Shown here in pieces: positions 1-13,487 of a stretch of 64,000 nucleotides of DNA. The notes below the pieces were generated by a model that saw only the letters and a list, made by a program, of their open reading frames with translations, had not been told where the DNA came from and did no database searches. The translations under genes and the position numbers were made by a program. This DNA is from Chrysomallon squamiferum. Its lineage: Eukaryota > Animalia > Mollusca. The stretch lies in NCBI GenBank assembly GCA_012295275.1, contig CM022670.1, positions 25,730,001-25,794,000 on the forward strand. Direction: 5' to 3'. The stretch's first letter is position 1, and each line of letters starts with the position of its first letter.

Positions 1-77
1 TAAATTTTCATACGTATATATGTACTGGTAGTACCTTTCTTTCTACATCATCATTTTCATCATCACCTTTATATTTT

Positions 78-115
78 CTTCTTCTTCTTCTTCTTCTTCT
101 TATTATTATTATTAT

Positions 116-150
<35 letters not shown>

Positions 151-157
151 CTAGTAC

Positions 158-228
<71 letters not shown>

Positions 229-386
229 CTAGTACTAGTACTACTAGTCGTACTAGTAGTAGTAGTAGTAGTATCATCGTTTACTTATTTATTTTCTTCT
301 TATTAAAGCCCTTACCAATTTCAAAATGTTTTGCTTTACCATAAATCGCTGTGTTGGAATGATTCAAGTAATATTGCCACATACAA

Positions 387-453
<67 letters not shown>
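78..453. repeat. Compound microsatellites (CTT)n-(ATT)n-(AGT)n and (CA)n
   Basis: Directly visible; source of the poly-L/I/R ORF at 8-277. Confidence 0.95.
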
Positions 454-469
<16 letters not shown>

Positions 470-931
470 GATAAAGCTTAAATACGATGTATATTGTGAT
501 TTTCTGTAACATTTTGAGATACTTACAGATTAAATTTGATAAAGGAAAAATTTAAAGATAGTATAGATAGAAATGACTATAAATAAAAGAAAATGTAAAT
601 TTAAGTCCTGTTTTCGATATAATAGATATATAATTTAATTAACGTGATATTTTATTGTGTTACGGTTAATTAACTTTAGATTACACCCAGAAAGTTTTAA
701 AAATAAAAATGTCAATAACTTATTGCTTTGTACTTAAATACTGAGGTGAACTGTCATGCTGACTGAATGAATTACTGTTTGACTGTACTGTATGAAAATA
801 ATTGTAAAAATTTTAATATGAATTAATTTTATGATGACAAGTTCCGTCAGTGGTAAAAATCATTTCAGCGGGATATTTGATAAAATCCGTAAAAAGCACC
901 AAAGATTGACATTATTTCTATAGCTGAAGGT

Positions 932-1051
932 TATAAAATTGTCCTAAATACATCACCAAAATGCATAAAAATTTGACATTTGTTTCAAACTGAGGAAATA
1001 AAAGTATTGAACATCATCTCAGAGTTATTTTAGAGAAACATTTCGGGCACG
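932..1051 (+). promoter_or_regulatory. Putative TATA box (TATAAAA 932-938) and non-coding first exon of the small secreted-protein gene, ending at a splice donor (G|GTAAGA, 1051/1052)
   Basis: TATAAAA lies ~115 nt before a consensus donor, which would pair with the TTTTCAG acceptor ending at 1512 directly before the ATG at 1513. Confidence 0.5.
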
Positions 1052-1512
1052 GTAAGATGTTAATTTTTGTATCATTACTTTTGTATTTAGTAATTTGTTA
1101 AACAAAGGATATAATTTTAATTGAAAAGAGTCAAATTACTTTGGGGTTTTTTCAAGTCTTTGTGGGAAGTTTATGTTGATACTTGACAAAACCTACTAAT
1201 AAATAAAACATTTATTGTAAAAATGTACTTCTCTCAGTAAATTTTTCAATCGATATTATTATCGTTAAAAGGATATACTATTAAATATATATGTTGGAAT
1301 GCAGAAACAAAATCAAAGAAATAACTAAGAAAATACAAAATACTATATGATTAACTGGTGGAAAATAAAAATAACTAATCATTCTCTGTTTGTATAGCGT
1401 TTTGTTGTTTCTCTTGACCATATTTATATTTAACGTTATTTATCATTTCGTACATATCTACAGTGTTCATAATTTGTATTGTATGTGAACTGTCTTAATG
1501 CTTTATTTTCAG

Positions 1513-1854
1513 ATGGTGACTCTTTTTATTTTCTTCATTTCATTCATTTCAACGAGCCTTGCAAGTCAAAATCAGTATCCCGACATTCCAACTTTTCAAA
1601 CGGAAATCGCCAATCTATTCAAGAATCCAGCAGTTAAAAACGATGATGACAAAAGACTTCAGTTCTGGGGATTTGTTCCCGAAGTGGAAAAATTTATACC
1701 TTTAACTACATCGTTGGAGTATTTAGGTCAAAAAATTAGTTTCGGTAATGCTCCTGTAAAAAGTAATCAGAAGACAAATACTAGAAACAGTCTTCAGAGA
1801 AAACTGATCGTTACAAGAGGATTTCCACTGACGAACATCAGGTTCAACTTTTAA
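1513..1854 (+). CDS. Small predicted secreted protein of unknown family, 113 aa, single coding exon (MVTLFIFFISFISTSLA-SQNQYPDIPTF...NIRFNF)
   Basis: Acceptor ttttcag is immediately followed by ATG at 1513. Hydrophobic N-terminus ends in S-L-A, typical of a signal peptide. The rest is non-repetitive and protein-like; AATAAA at 1987-1992. No family recognised. Confidence 0.7.
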   Translation: MVTLFIFFISFISTSLASQNQYPDIPTFQTEIANLFKNPAVKNDDDKRLQFWGFVPEVEKFIPLTTSLEYLGQKISFGNAPVKSNQKTNTRNSLQRKLIVTRGFPLTNIRFNF

Positions 1855-2067
1855 AATGAGAACAAAGAAGTCTGAAGCCGTCAGAGATCTTTTTTCACAG
1901 CTAAGAAATAATCTGGGCTTTGAGGGCAACGAAACAGAATATTTTGTTTAGAAAGCAACAGCAAAGATTATTTTGTGACAGTGCAAAATAAAGATCAGTA
2001 ATATAAAATTGATCTTGCTAAGCCTTTTATATACAGAAGGTGGAAGTAGTTTCCTTCTTCTCTTTTT

Positions 2068-2155
<88 letters not shown>

Positions 2156-3279
2156 CTCCAAGCCTCTCTCTTTTCTTCCCATCTCTCTACCTTATTCTAT
2201 ATCAATATTTTTCTTGTTTCTCTCACCTGTCTTTTTCTCTCTCGTGCACACAAGCATATAACATATACATACATACAAACACACACACACGCATACACAA
2301 ATAAATTTGATATGTATTTTTTGCATCCTGTACTTTCATGTCCTAAGCCAAAGCTTACAGTTTGAATGATTATGTGTAGGTCGCCTTCATGAACATCTGA
2401 TAATGAATCAGTTTTTTACTCTGCGGTAATTGTTGACATGTATAAAAGATTCCAAAACATTCTAAATAATAACACAAACATTTTCTAAATAAAAATTTAT
2501 TCAGTCCTTAAGAAATTATAAAACAACGAATTTTTGTATTTAATGAAATCATTTCAGTTTTACCTAGGTTTATTTGGGGTCAGACAATTTGGCCCCGTAA
2601 GCTACTGGTAATGAATGGTTAGCGGTTAGTAAACTGTTATATTCATATCCCCACAGAGATGAAATACTATACCTTTACATTTAATAAACCAGCTGAGAAA
2701 AAAATCACTCGATTCTATAAGCAACAGTTTGATACAAAAAGTAAATAAATAACAGCTCACTCTGTGAAACACTTTACAGAAAAAAGTATTTTTCCAGCTT
2801 GTACATGATTCGATTATTTACATTCTAGCCGCTGAATAGCCATTGGCTTGTCCAAAACAGATATATTTTTTTAATTTTCTGTGAGGGTGTTTATGAAATC
2901 AAATCAGTCATAGTATGGGGCCAGCGTGTCTTTTCTTTCTCTTTTCTTTTACAATTACAGATTTGAAAGCCTTTTATAGCCTTTTAAGTATCTTTAATAA
3001 ATATTTATTCATTCATTCACTTTGATAAAATCTAAATGTTCTTCTTTTTTTCTTTTTTTTAACTATGTAAAAACGATATTTTCATTCTTGTATAAATTTC
3101 AGCTGACGTGTTCTTTTTTGGGTTTTTGTCTTCAAAATAAACTTAAGCAAAATAAATAAACGTATAACAATAACAGCATAACAACATTAATTTTTAACAT
3201 TATATTTGCATACCGGTTGTCTTTTTTTAATGACTTTGAAACCCTATAACAAGATCAAATCTAGTTCATAGCTCATTTA

Positions 3280-3476
3280 TTAAGCTTCAAAACAGTTGTA
3301 TATTTTGCACGTGCAGTATGTTGGAATTTTAACAGTGTCCAGAGCAATCTGCTCAGCCAGTGGTCCTCTTTCACAGAACACCCAAACACGCATCTCCAGA
3401 TTTTCTGCCATGCATTTGCTTGTCCTTTCACTATCGGTGCAGAAGTCACACGTTGTATTTCTGTAATATTACATTG

Positions 3477-3535
<59 letters not shown>

Positions 3536-4174
3536 GATAATGATAATGATAACAATATGATGAATAATATGAATAATAAATGACAAATCCGAAAAGAAAC
3601 AAGAAGAATGTTATATGAATAGCATAAATTCACTGATATCCCTAAACATATTGCAGACATGTTTATGTTGCAGATGTATGTTGATATGATTGTGTCACGT
3701 AGTTGATGCCTATATGCTAATTAATGCTATCAGTTTGATATTTAGCTGTGTTTACACTAACCTGCAAGTTACAAAATGTATTCCCTGTTTCTCTGGTTGC
3801 CACAGAATACATCTGCCGCCATATTTGGTGAAACTAACAAGAGTCTCTTTTCTTTCTGGCGCACATACCTGCTGGATTTCACTGACACCTAGTGGCTGAC
3901 CAGACCTGACAGAAACAAATTGTTTGATAGATAATTTAAAAAATATATATATATATTTCATACTTCATATTTAATAAAATAATATATGCTACTCTTATTT
4001 AATAATAATAATAATAATAATAACAGTTTTATATACTGAGCTTTACATATTATATTTTGATAATACGTAAACATATTTCTATATTTCTAATCTAATCGTT
4101 TTATAAAAACTGCAATAAAAACAGAACATTGTGAACGAATTATTATCCTTATTATTGCTATGATTATTATTATT

Positions 4175-4206
<32 letters not shown>

Positions 4207-4712
4207 GCTGGTGCATAAGTCGACGACAACATCCACTTTTATTGTCAATAATTTATGATTATCAGTGGTGGTAAAATTACATACATACCCAGCCATTCGT
4301 TTTTTCCGAAAATGAAAAGCTTGTTCAGAAAACGGATCTCCACCAAAAGGATTTTTCTTTCCTTTGGCAGAAGCAAATCCAAATCCGAAATGGAAAGGTC
4401 GCCCAGGCTGGAACTGACTGTCTGGAAAAGGTGGAGGGTTTGGTTTGTCGAAATTTTGCGTAGCATGGTTGTCTATGTTGTTGAACATGTTGTTAATGCC
4501 ACCATCGTCAAATACTCCTGAAGAAAAGACGGGATTCGATCCTGGGTTGTTTAGATTGTTTTTATTATTAATTAACTGTGCAGGTTTTGCGAAGTTGTTA
4601 AGCGGAATACCAAATCCTTCAGATGCTTGAATCGGCTTTTCAAATTGTAATCCCTATGAAAAATGAAAGTATGGTAAGTAGAATACAGTAATTAATGACG
4701 TTCGTGTATTCG

Positions 4713-4766
<54 letters not shown>

Positions 4767-7700
4767 CTTCATGTAATTTTTTTTTTATAACTATACATAT
4801 ATACATCCACAGATATACACACATACACATTATATTTGTCATTCTTTAAAATATCTGTTAGAAATTAATTGTATATACTGAATTTTTTCACTTCAAAAAA
4901 GTGTTCAGTGCAAGAGTTCTTATTAATTAAACAATTTTTTAAATTATTCTAGACTAAAAACAGGAATATTTTTGCAATCAAAATGAATTATGTTATTTAC
5001 CGGTAATTCCTTTGGAGCATTACTTCCGGAATGGGGAAAAAAGACAGACCCATCTTTGTCTATGAACTTGTCAAACACCTTCATAGCAAGAGAACCTTTA
5101 TAAGCTGCTACCATTTTCCTGAAATTTTACATTGGTATTTTAAAAAGATATCAAACATATTTTTGACACTTTCAGAGCGTAATGCCAAGAACGACATATA
5201 ATAAGGCGCTTTATTTTGTTATGTTGTGGAATACATTAAAATCAAAATAAACAATTCTGAAAAGAACAACATAGACTTTTATTTTGGGGGCTTTCTTTGC
5301 TGTTTTGTTGTTACTGTTTTGGTTACTGCTGTTGCTGTCTGGGCTGGGTTTTCTAAAATAATTTCTTTGTTTATTAAATTACTAAATAACAGTGATTAAT
5401 TTGACCATAATCTAAGACAAGAAAACAAAATATTATGATTTCTCATATTTTTTTTCAAATGTATATCTACTACTTACTGAGGATATTCTAATGGGTCTGA
5501 TGATGGCATCAGTTCATCACGTTGATTGAAATTAAAAGAGCATTTGCTGCTGGACCGTTGCACTTTTTCAGGATTTGTCTGTGTTTTCGTATTGTACGAT
5601 GGATGATCATCACTGTTTATTTCATCTCTCACTTTTCGATCTGAACCTAAATTATGATCATCAAAACTGACTGCTCCACTGTGCATGTTAGTCGGGTCTC
5701 TTTCAGACGTTACTGGATATTTAACATTACCACCTTTAAATGAAGGATCTGGAATGTCATGCATCATGTCCTGTTTTGTCGGAAAATTTGAATTTATGGG
5801 AATATGTGGTTTTGTGCTAAAGGTGGTTGAAACTACATCAGAATCTGGTTGACGCGGACTGTCAGTGGGTGGAGGAGGTGAAGCAATAACTCCAAGCGTA
5901 GGTGGCGGTGGAACATCGTAAGGCACACGATTAAATTTATTTTGGAAGACAGCAGGTGGCGGAGGTGATGGAATAACTGTGTTTTCTGGACCTGCTGGTG
6001 CATCGTTTTGGAATCCGACATCCAGTTTTTTATACTGGTGTGATGGATCGTTAAAAACTTCATCAGTTTTGGGGCCATCCGACATGTCTGGGGGAGGTGG
6101 AATCTGGTAATCAGTCTGATGAATATTCTCTGGTTTGTTTGGTAGCGGTGGCACAGGATATGCATCTGTAACTGTTTCTTTATGCATTCTTGGATTTACT
6201 GGCATCGCTATACCTTCTTTTGGCTCCATTACAATTTCTTCTTTAACTGGAACTTCGATATCATTCGATTCTGCCTCTGCATTGTTTGTTACCAGCACTT
6301 GTACCAGCAGTACGATCACAATAGCAGATAATCTTTTCTGGAAGATTCAAGAATTATATTAGAGGGAGAAAGTGAGAATACCAACAGCCCAAAATTACAA
6401 CGCAGTTCCAGAAATATTTTAGCATTATGCCAAAAGCGTTGAAATTCGGGCTGCATGTAGATGGCTAAAAAGTATGACATTGTCTGACTTTGAAAGTATC
6501 AGTAGCTAGTATATATAAACTGACTTTGACTAAGCCTGTTCGCTAAATTCCGATAGACAAAGTCGGTTGATTACGTAATGTTAAGTATTTAAAACAGTGT
6601 AGCTCAGCGGAACAGAAAGAAAATACCATTATAAATAATACCGAATATTGGCATTATTAATCTCTTTTATATATGTATTTTAATTTTCAATTTTTTTATC
6701 TTTTTTCTTTGATATATAAATGTTGTCAAAAAATATATTTTTAATATCTTTCTTATCACATAAATGAACACCTGTACTGAAATAACTCTATTTATTGACA
6801 TTTGTTGGAGAGATTTCGACTGTAAAACAGCGGTAAGACAGTTATATGATCTGAGTTGAAGTTTATTCCGTTTAACTGATATCGGATTTCCTTGGTGTTT
6901 GACAAACAAAAGAATTTATTATTGAAAGAAAATCATTTCTGCACGTAACTGTGGAATAAACTTTTATATCACTGCTAAGAATTCTCTGTATTATTTGTCA
7001 GTATGATTTTTATCGTTCATTTCACTTCTAATTAAAATATCTAGTAAAAATATTCCTGCACTAATCTAATTATAATTTTAATTAATGAACTATAATATTA
7101 AGAACTAAAATCACAATATATATATATATTTATTTCCTTGCCTTTCCTTAATTTCTTGTTTTTATTTTATTTTATTTTATTTATATTTTATTATTTTTGT
7201 CTTGTTTTTCTGTTTGCTTGTTCGTTTGTTTGTTTGCTTTGAACAGAAGAGCATACATGAACAATGTTAAAATTTATGTTTTTAAATTTGTCATTCAAAA
7301 TACAATTACAAATAAAGTATAATGATAACACAACTTTAACAGTAAATGCTGAAGAAAATTATATTACATAACAAGTATACAGAAAAGCTATATTTAACAT
7401 CAAGTGATATATTACAAAGATTAGCTTTTATATAAGAATGTTTACAGTTTGTAATGGTGTCGTGGCAAAGCGTTTTAAGAGTCTTTACCTCAACTAAAGG
7501 AATGTAATAAAAACTCAACAAAGAAGACTGGAATCATGAAATAAAATATAGACAATTTTAAGGCTGTAAATGTAGCCCTTTTCTTTTATATCTAAATACT
7601 GGAAATACCGCGTGGATATAAAGACGCGGATTATTTGTAAGTTGAACAGAATTTTATATCAGTTCATTAATTTATATTAAAAGTTTAGTGAAAACACCAG

Positions 7701-7874
7701 TTCAGCTCGTGAAAGACGAGATTAATATTAACTTCAAAATTATTCTCAAATAACCATTTTTATATAATAAATATATCAATAAAAATACTTAAGTAAGCAA
7801 GCAATCAAACAAACAAACAAATATATAAATATACAAATAAATAAATAAATAAAAGTTTTACTTACTCGACGCAT
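3280..7874 (-). CDS. Spaetzle/neurotrophin-like cystine-knot preproprotein, paralogue 1 (558 aa). Coding exons: 7874-7866, 6337-5478, 5118-5001, 4653-4289, 3905-3762, 3460-3280
   Basis: All five introns are GT..AG and join in frame (phases 0,2,0,2,2). Signal peptide MRRKRLSAIVIVLLVQVLVTNNAEA; Pro/Asp-rich pro-region; FHFRKKR|MAG site. C-terminal domain: SGQPLGVSEIQQVCAPERKETLVSFTKYGGRCILWQPEKQGIHFVTCRNTTCDFCTDSERTSKCMAENLEMRVWVFCERGPLAEQIALDTVKIPTYCTCKIYNCFEA*. It matches the Spaetzle spacing (Q-x-I-x-x-x-x-C..C-D-F..C..K-I-P-x-x-C-x-C). In-frame TAG upstream of the ATG; AATAAA overlaps the stop (3276-3281). Family call is by motif recognition, not a database search. Confidence 0.88.
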
Positions 7875-9447
7875 TTCTACGATAGGCTAAAACACACTGT
7901 CTGACTTGCTGGACGGTCGGGCTGCTATAAAACGAGGTTGTCAAGGTACTAGGATGTTATCCGGAATTTAATACGGAAGCAAGGTTTTTACGACTTCGCA
8001 GAGTTTACCAAGGTCTATCATTTAGTGGTCAGAACAATGGGTTTCTTGACAAAGTGCGCCCATCGATAATAAAATAACTGTTAATTTTGTTTTCTTTAAT
8101 CCTGTGAATCCATTGTTCTGTTTAATAATAAAACAAATGATGGTTTAATGACAGTAAACGTACGATAGGACTTGTCCTTTCAGGAAATACATAGGCTGAA
8201 AAGACAAAACAGATTTTCTATGAGAAACCTGTTTTGAATGTTTTACTGTTTTGTGGGATATATTTTAATGTATATTTAAGAGTGTAGTGACAGATTTAAA
8301 TAAAATAAGAAAAGTTCTGGTGTGTTCGAAGGTAGTAAATGGGCTTGGTATCTATATATTCTTTTCTTTTTGATTACTGTTGTTATTATTTTAGTAGGAG
8401 GAGAAGTAGTAGTAATAATAAGTATGGTAGCTGTAGTTGTTGTTACTGCAGCTGTAGTAGTAGCAACAGATGTTGTTGTAGTTGTAATTTTAGTACTAGG
8501 TATCTTCAATATGTATTCGTACTCATTTCGTTTTCTTCTCTTTTTTTTTTTGTATTCCATTTTTTATTATTATTATATTAATAGCAACATGAATAACAAT
8601 TGCAGTGGTCAAATTAGTAGTATTAGTAGTAGCTGTTGGTGATGTAGTAGTTACTGCAGTTGTTCTTGTTGTAATAGCAGAAGCACTATCGGCAGTAATG
8701 AATGTGTGTTCACTAATATAATGACTTAAACATTTTAATTAATTAGTCAAATGCGGGGGGGGGTTTGTTCGTTTTTTTTTTTTTTTTGTTTTTGTTATTC
8801 GTTTTCTTTGTTAAGTCTGTCTATTGTGTCTGGATTATATATAATATTTCTGCCGTGTTTATATATATACTGTCTCTGTTTCAACCACTGACTGGTAGCT
8901 GACAAGAGGGATTAATAAATATGTTGTTATATAGATCGAATGACTGCACCTGATACGCTTCTTTTTCATCCACTCCCAGGTAATATTAAGTCTGTGTGAT
9001 GCGTCCATAAAATAGCTGCATCGTATTTATCTTTGACGAGTTTTTATTACAATGGATATGTGCCGGTGATAAATAAAAATGGACTCCTAAGTCATTTTAA
9101 TCAGCAAAGTGTCTAATATTACTAAGTCGTCTATCACGTTGTTTTACTTAGTTTTTACGACACTTGCAATTTCATATTATCCATCTGAAAGCTCATTTTC
9201 TTACAAGTGTCACATATTTTAGATATGTCTGATTTTTGTTATTTCACACGTCATCGACAGTCATTAAGATTTATAACGGCTCAGCGAAGAGATTATATAT
9301 AAATATTGTAAAAGATTCTTAAGTAGTTATGAAAATATTCGATAACCTATGATCTTTGTATCCACTTCTTAATGATGAGATCAACTTTAAATATCAAAGG
9401 CGTCAAGAAGAAATATTTAGTCATTTATTTTGAAAAAAAAAAAATAA

Positions 9448-9484
<37 letters not shown>

Positions 9485-9539
9485 GCCTAATGGTTGCTCA
9501 GAAAATATTCATCAATACGGTTATAATAGTGTGTGTGTA

Positions 9540-9592
<53 letters not shown>

Positions 9593-10430
9593 TATAATCA
9601 ATGGTTGTGAATTAAAAGATGTTTAAAAAAGACAATGAAACGAACTAAATAGCTGTTTTTTCTTTGATTGTATGTTTCTTTTTCTTTCTGTTTTTTTTCT
9701 CAGGCAGCACATAGTCTAATGTTACAAATATTTGATTTGTCTTTTGTGTTTTATTTAAATGTCAACATTGTGACAACTAGATATTTTGGAAAGAGGTACC
9801 AAAATAACATATAGGTGCCAATTACAGAACAATAAGGACTTTCATTTTCGTATGTTTTACTTTCTGAATAAAAATGACATTTTTCAAAATATTATATACT
9901 TATGCTGAATCATAGTTTAAACTTAAAAGTTTCCTATATCAAAATACTAATGACATATCAGATTCATATAGTTGTTTTGCATCGCGTACAACATTACACT
10001 GTCTAACGTCATTACTACAATATGGTACTAACATCAGTTAAGATCGTTTCTGATATAACATCATGTTTTTGTTTTATTACTCTGGTATTTCAAAATTCAT
10101 TTGACACTTATTCTTGAAATACAGTATGATTAAATATATGTCGTAATAACTTGTGCATTTAGAGTATGATAATTTTTTATTATTTTCCACGTGAAGTAAC
10201 CTGTATAAAATTGAGCACGATGTATACATATAGATGTAATTTAAAAATTCTTCTGTTTTATATAATACATATATATATATGTATATATATATATTTATCG
10301 ACAATTATTAGAAGAATGTAGTAAATAAATTTAGAAACCATATCAGGTCCATTAGTGGCTTTTGCTTTTGTTTTGTATTTTTATGCTGTTTGTTTGTTTG
10401 TTGATTCATTTTATTCACTCTAAAATTTTA

Positions 10431-10462
<32 letters not shown>

Positions 10463-10646
10463 GATTTTGTTTCCCATTTTTGTTTTACTTTATTTTATTT
10501 TTTTTTTTTTTTATTTTTTTTTTATTTGTAATCCTTCAAAATATTTCAGACTCTAAATGTTTCACCATACCGGTCGTTTTATATGATTAGAGCCTGATTC
10601 AACGACACGAGAAAATATCTGTGTAACCATTATAAGATGATTATTA

Positions 10647-10761
<115 letters not shown>

Positions 10762-11641
10762 CCTTACATGATCTTCTTATAATCAAGACATGATTACTTT
10801 TTTCCTGTCTGTTAAGTTTATCGCCGCATCACACAATTCCTTTTAAAATTTAAATCTAAAACGTCTTCTGGTGATTTTAGATATCTTTTGTGACATCTGG
10901 TCATCAATAATAAATTACATAAATCCTCCAGTTTGACCTTCCTGTCGAGAAGAAAAATCCATTTATTTCAATTTTTCATAAAGGAGTGTACATGTGTATT
11001 TAAAGAAAAGAACGGGAGTAACATATTACGATATTAATGATTTTCTTGTTCTTTTTCTTTCTTTCTTTAATATCTGTTTCGTCTGTTCCTCCTACGAAGA
11101 TAAGATTAATGCAAAGACGAGTTGGTAGTGAAGTTAATAATTTAATGACATTTCCTATTTGTTCCACAAATAGCGCATTGTCATCAGGAGAACGGAGACA
11201 GCGAAACTATATCTGTATCACATTAACGTGCTGACGTAGAAACCAGAAAAAGAAAAAATACGTTAAAGAAATTCAGTATGGTGAATTCATTATATTTTTT
11301 TTTCGTGATAAAAAGAAAATAACCTTTTTTTATGTCGAATGTAATGTATGTATATGTTTTGTTTTTTAAATATGAATGTATATAAATATATTTTTTAATT
11401 ATAGAAAATGCTTTTCACCGTTCTGACTCCACAAATTAGGATATTTAAAACAAGAATTCTTGCATAATTATTCCTCTAAGGTAGGATTCAGATGCATATA
11501 CACTTTTATAACGATATTCGACAACACAACAGGTAACATTTACTTTTTTCTAAAAATAGAAATTTTCACTTAAAAAAACACACAGTATACATGAAATATA
11601 TTTATTCTTTCATCAACTCTGATATTTTTACTGGTATATCC

Positions 11642-13422
11642 TCAGCACCGGTAAATCTTGCAGGTACAGTACATTGGCAGTTTTATCTTCTCCAGCGCCA
11701 CTTGTCCTGCAAATGGGCCTTGTTCACAGTACGCCCAGACCCAGCTGGTCACCTGCTCAGCCATGCACTTACTGGACGTGTTTCTACTTCTGCACGTCCG
11801 GCATTTCGTCTTACTGAAATGAGTTGTTATGATGTAATCAGAGAAGAGTTAAAGTCGTCATTATGTCAACAAGTGACCATATATGTATAACCAAAAATGT
11901 AACAATGATAAAAAAAATAATACACTGATTGACAGTTGCTCAAAGATATGACTAAAATAGCAGTAAAAAGTAAATATTTAATATTCAACCAGTTAAACTA
12001 ATGACCTGCAATTTAAAAAAATTCAAGTCTACGCATATAAACGACAACATTTATGACTCGATAGACAGATTATACTATACATCAACCGAAGAGGTCATTG
12101 ATACGTGTTTGATAACAGGTGTGATATTAGAACCGTGGTAATGAATGAATGCTTCTTGAACGACACCTCGACATATAATTTGTTTAATATTAGCTGTTAT
12201 TAGGTGTCAACATCCGAACATGTATAATGATGAATTATCCTTATGGGAATATTGGGAAGGGATAACACAGAGACCTACAGTCTACCCACTTAGCGATCTC
12301 ACATTCATAATAGTGCTGCTGCAGTCATTTCAGGAGTTTATCATAAAGAGGATTTTATATATGACATCCGTTTTATAATAACAAAATTAATGGCAGAAGA
12401 GAAAGTTCGGTTAAAATGGTAATACCTGCACTGTACGAAATTTAAGTTCTGTTTCGTTGGTTCCCAAACGAAACACGTGCTACCATATTTCTTGAAGCTT
12501 TTGAGAACTGACTTAGAAACCACGGGACATATGTCTTGGACGTCCGACTGAAAATTCAGGGGTTCAAAACTGAAAAACAAAATATTTAACAATTAACTGA
12601 TCATTTAACCAAAACATACATTGTTGAAAATATATTTATATCAATTATTGGCGATAATTATAAGAAAGACATAATAACTTTTCTTAAGAATATATTCATA
12701 ATTTTAAATATTCCTCTGTGTCTTCACTGTGATAATAAAAAAGATTTTGCAAAGGAGAATGATATTAATGTTTTGCTATTGTTTTAATCAATATAATATA
12801 GTTATTGTTCGACATTCTAAGGGGTCTCTTATATGTTTCTCTGTGTGGTGTATGTGTGTGTGTGTGTGTGTGTGTGTCTATGTATGCATGTATACGTATA
12901 ATATACATACATATATACGTACATACGTACAGCCTTATATACATACATACAAACAGCATTATATACACTATATATCCTCTCTCTCTCTCTCTCTCACGCT
13001 CTCACTTGCTTACTGTGATTAAAAAATATAATGCGAAACTAAACAATATTAATCGTTTTCTACTGTTTTAATCGCTTTTATACAGTTATTGTTCGACATT
13101 CTATGGGTGGTCTTACCCTGCCATTCTTCGCTTACGGAAATGAAAAGATGACAAATCGTTGTTGTTAAAGACATCACGAGAGAAAGGTGCGTTATTTCCG
13201 CGAAAGCCAGGAAATTGACTTTGACCAAAAGGTGATGCGGCACTGTTCTCGAGATTGTTAAATTTGTTATGGATCGCGTTTTCACTGTTGAAAATAGAAT
13301 TGCCGCTTGGATCAAACCCGTAGTCCTGAGGATTAAAAGAAGGTTAAAAAGTTTTTAAAATAATATATATATATATGACCATTGTTTTTATTGTTATTGT
13401 CGTTGTTATTCCTCTTGTGGTA

Positions 13423-13487
<65 letters not shown>

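Noticed and set aside
3273-3602. ORF-track 109-aa minus ORF and the plus ORF at 11591-11890
   Set aside because: Wrong-frame or antisense shadows of the real final exons (3460-3280 and 11813-11642).
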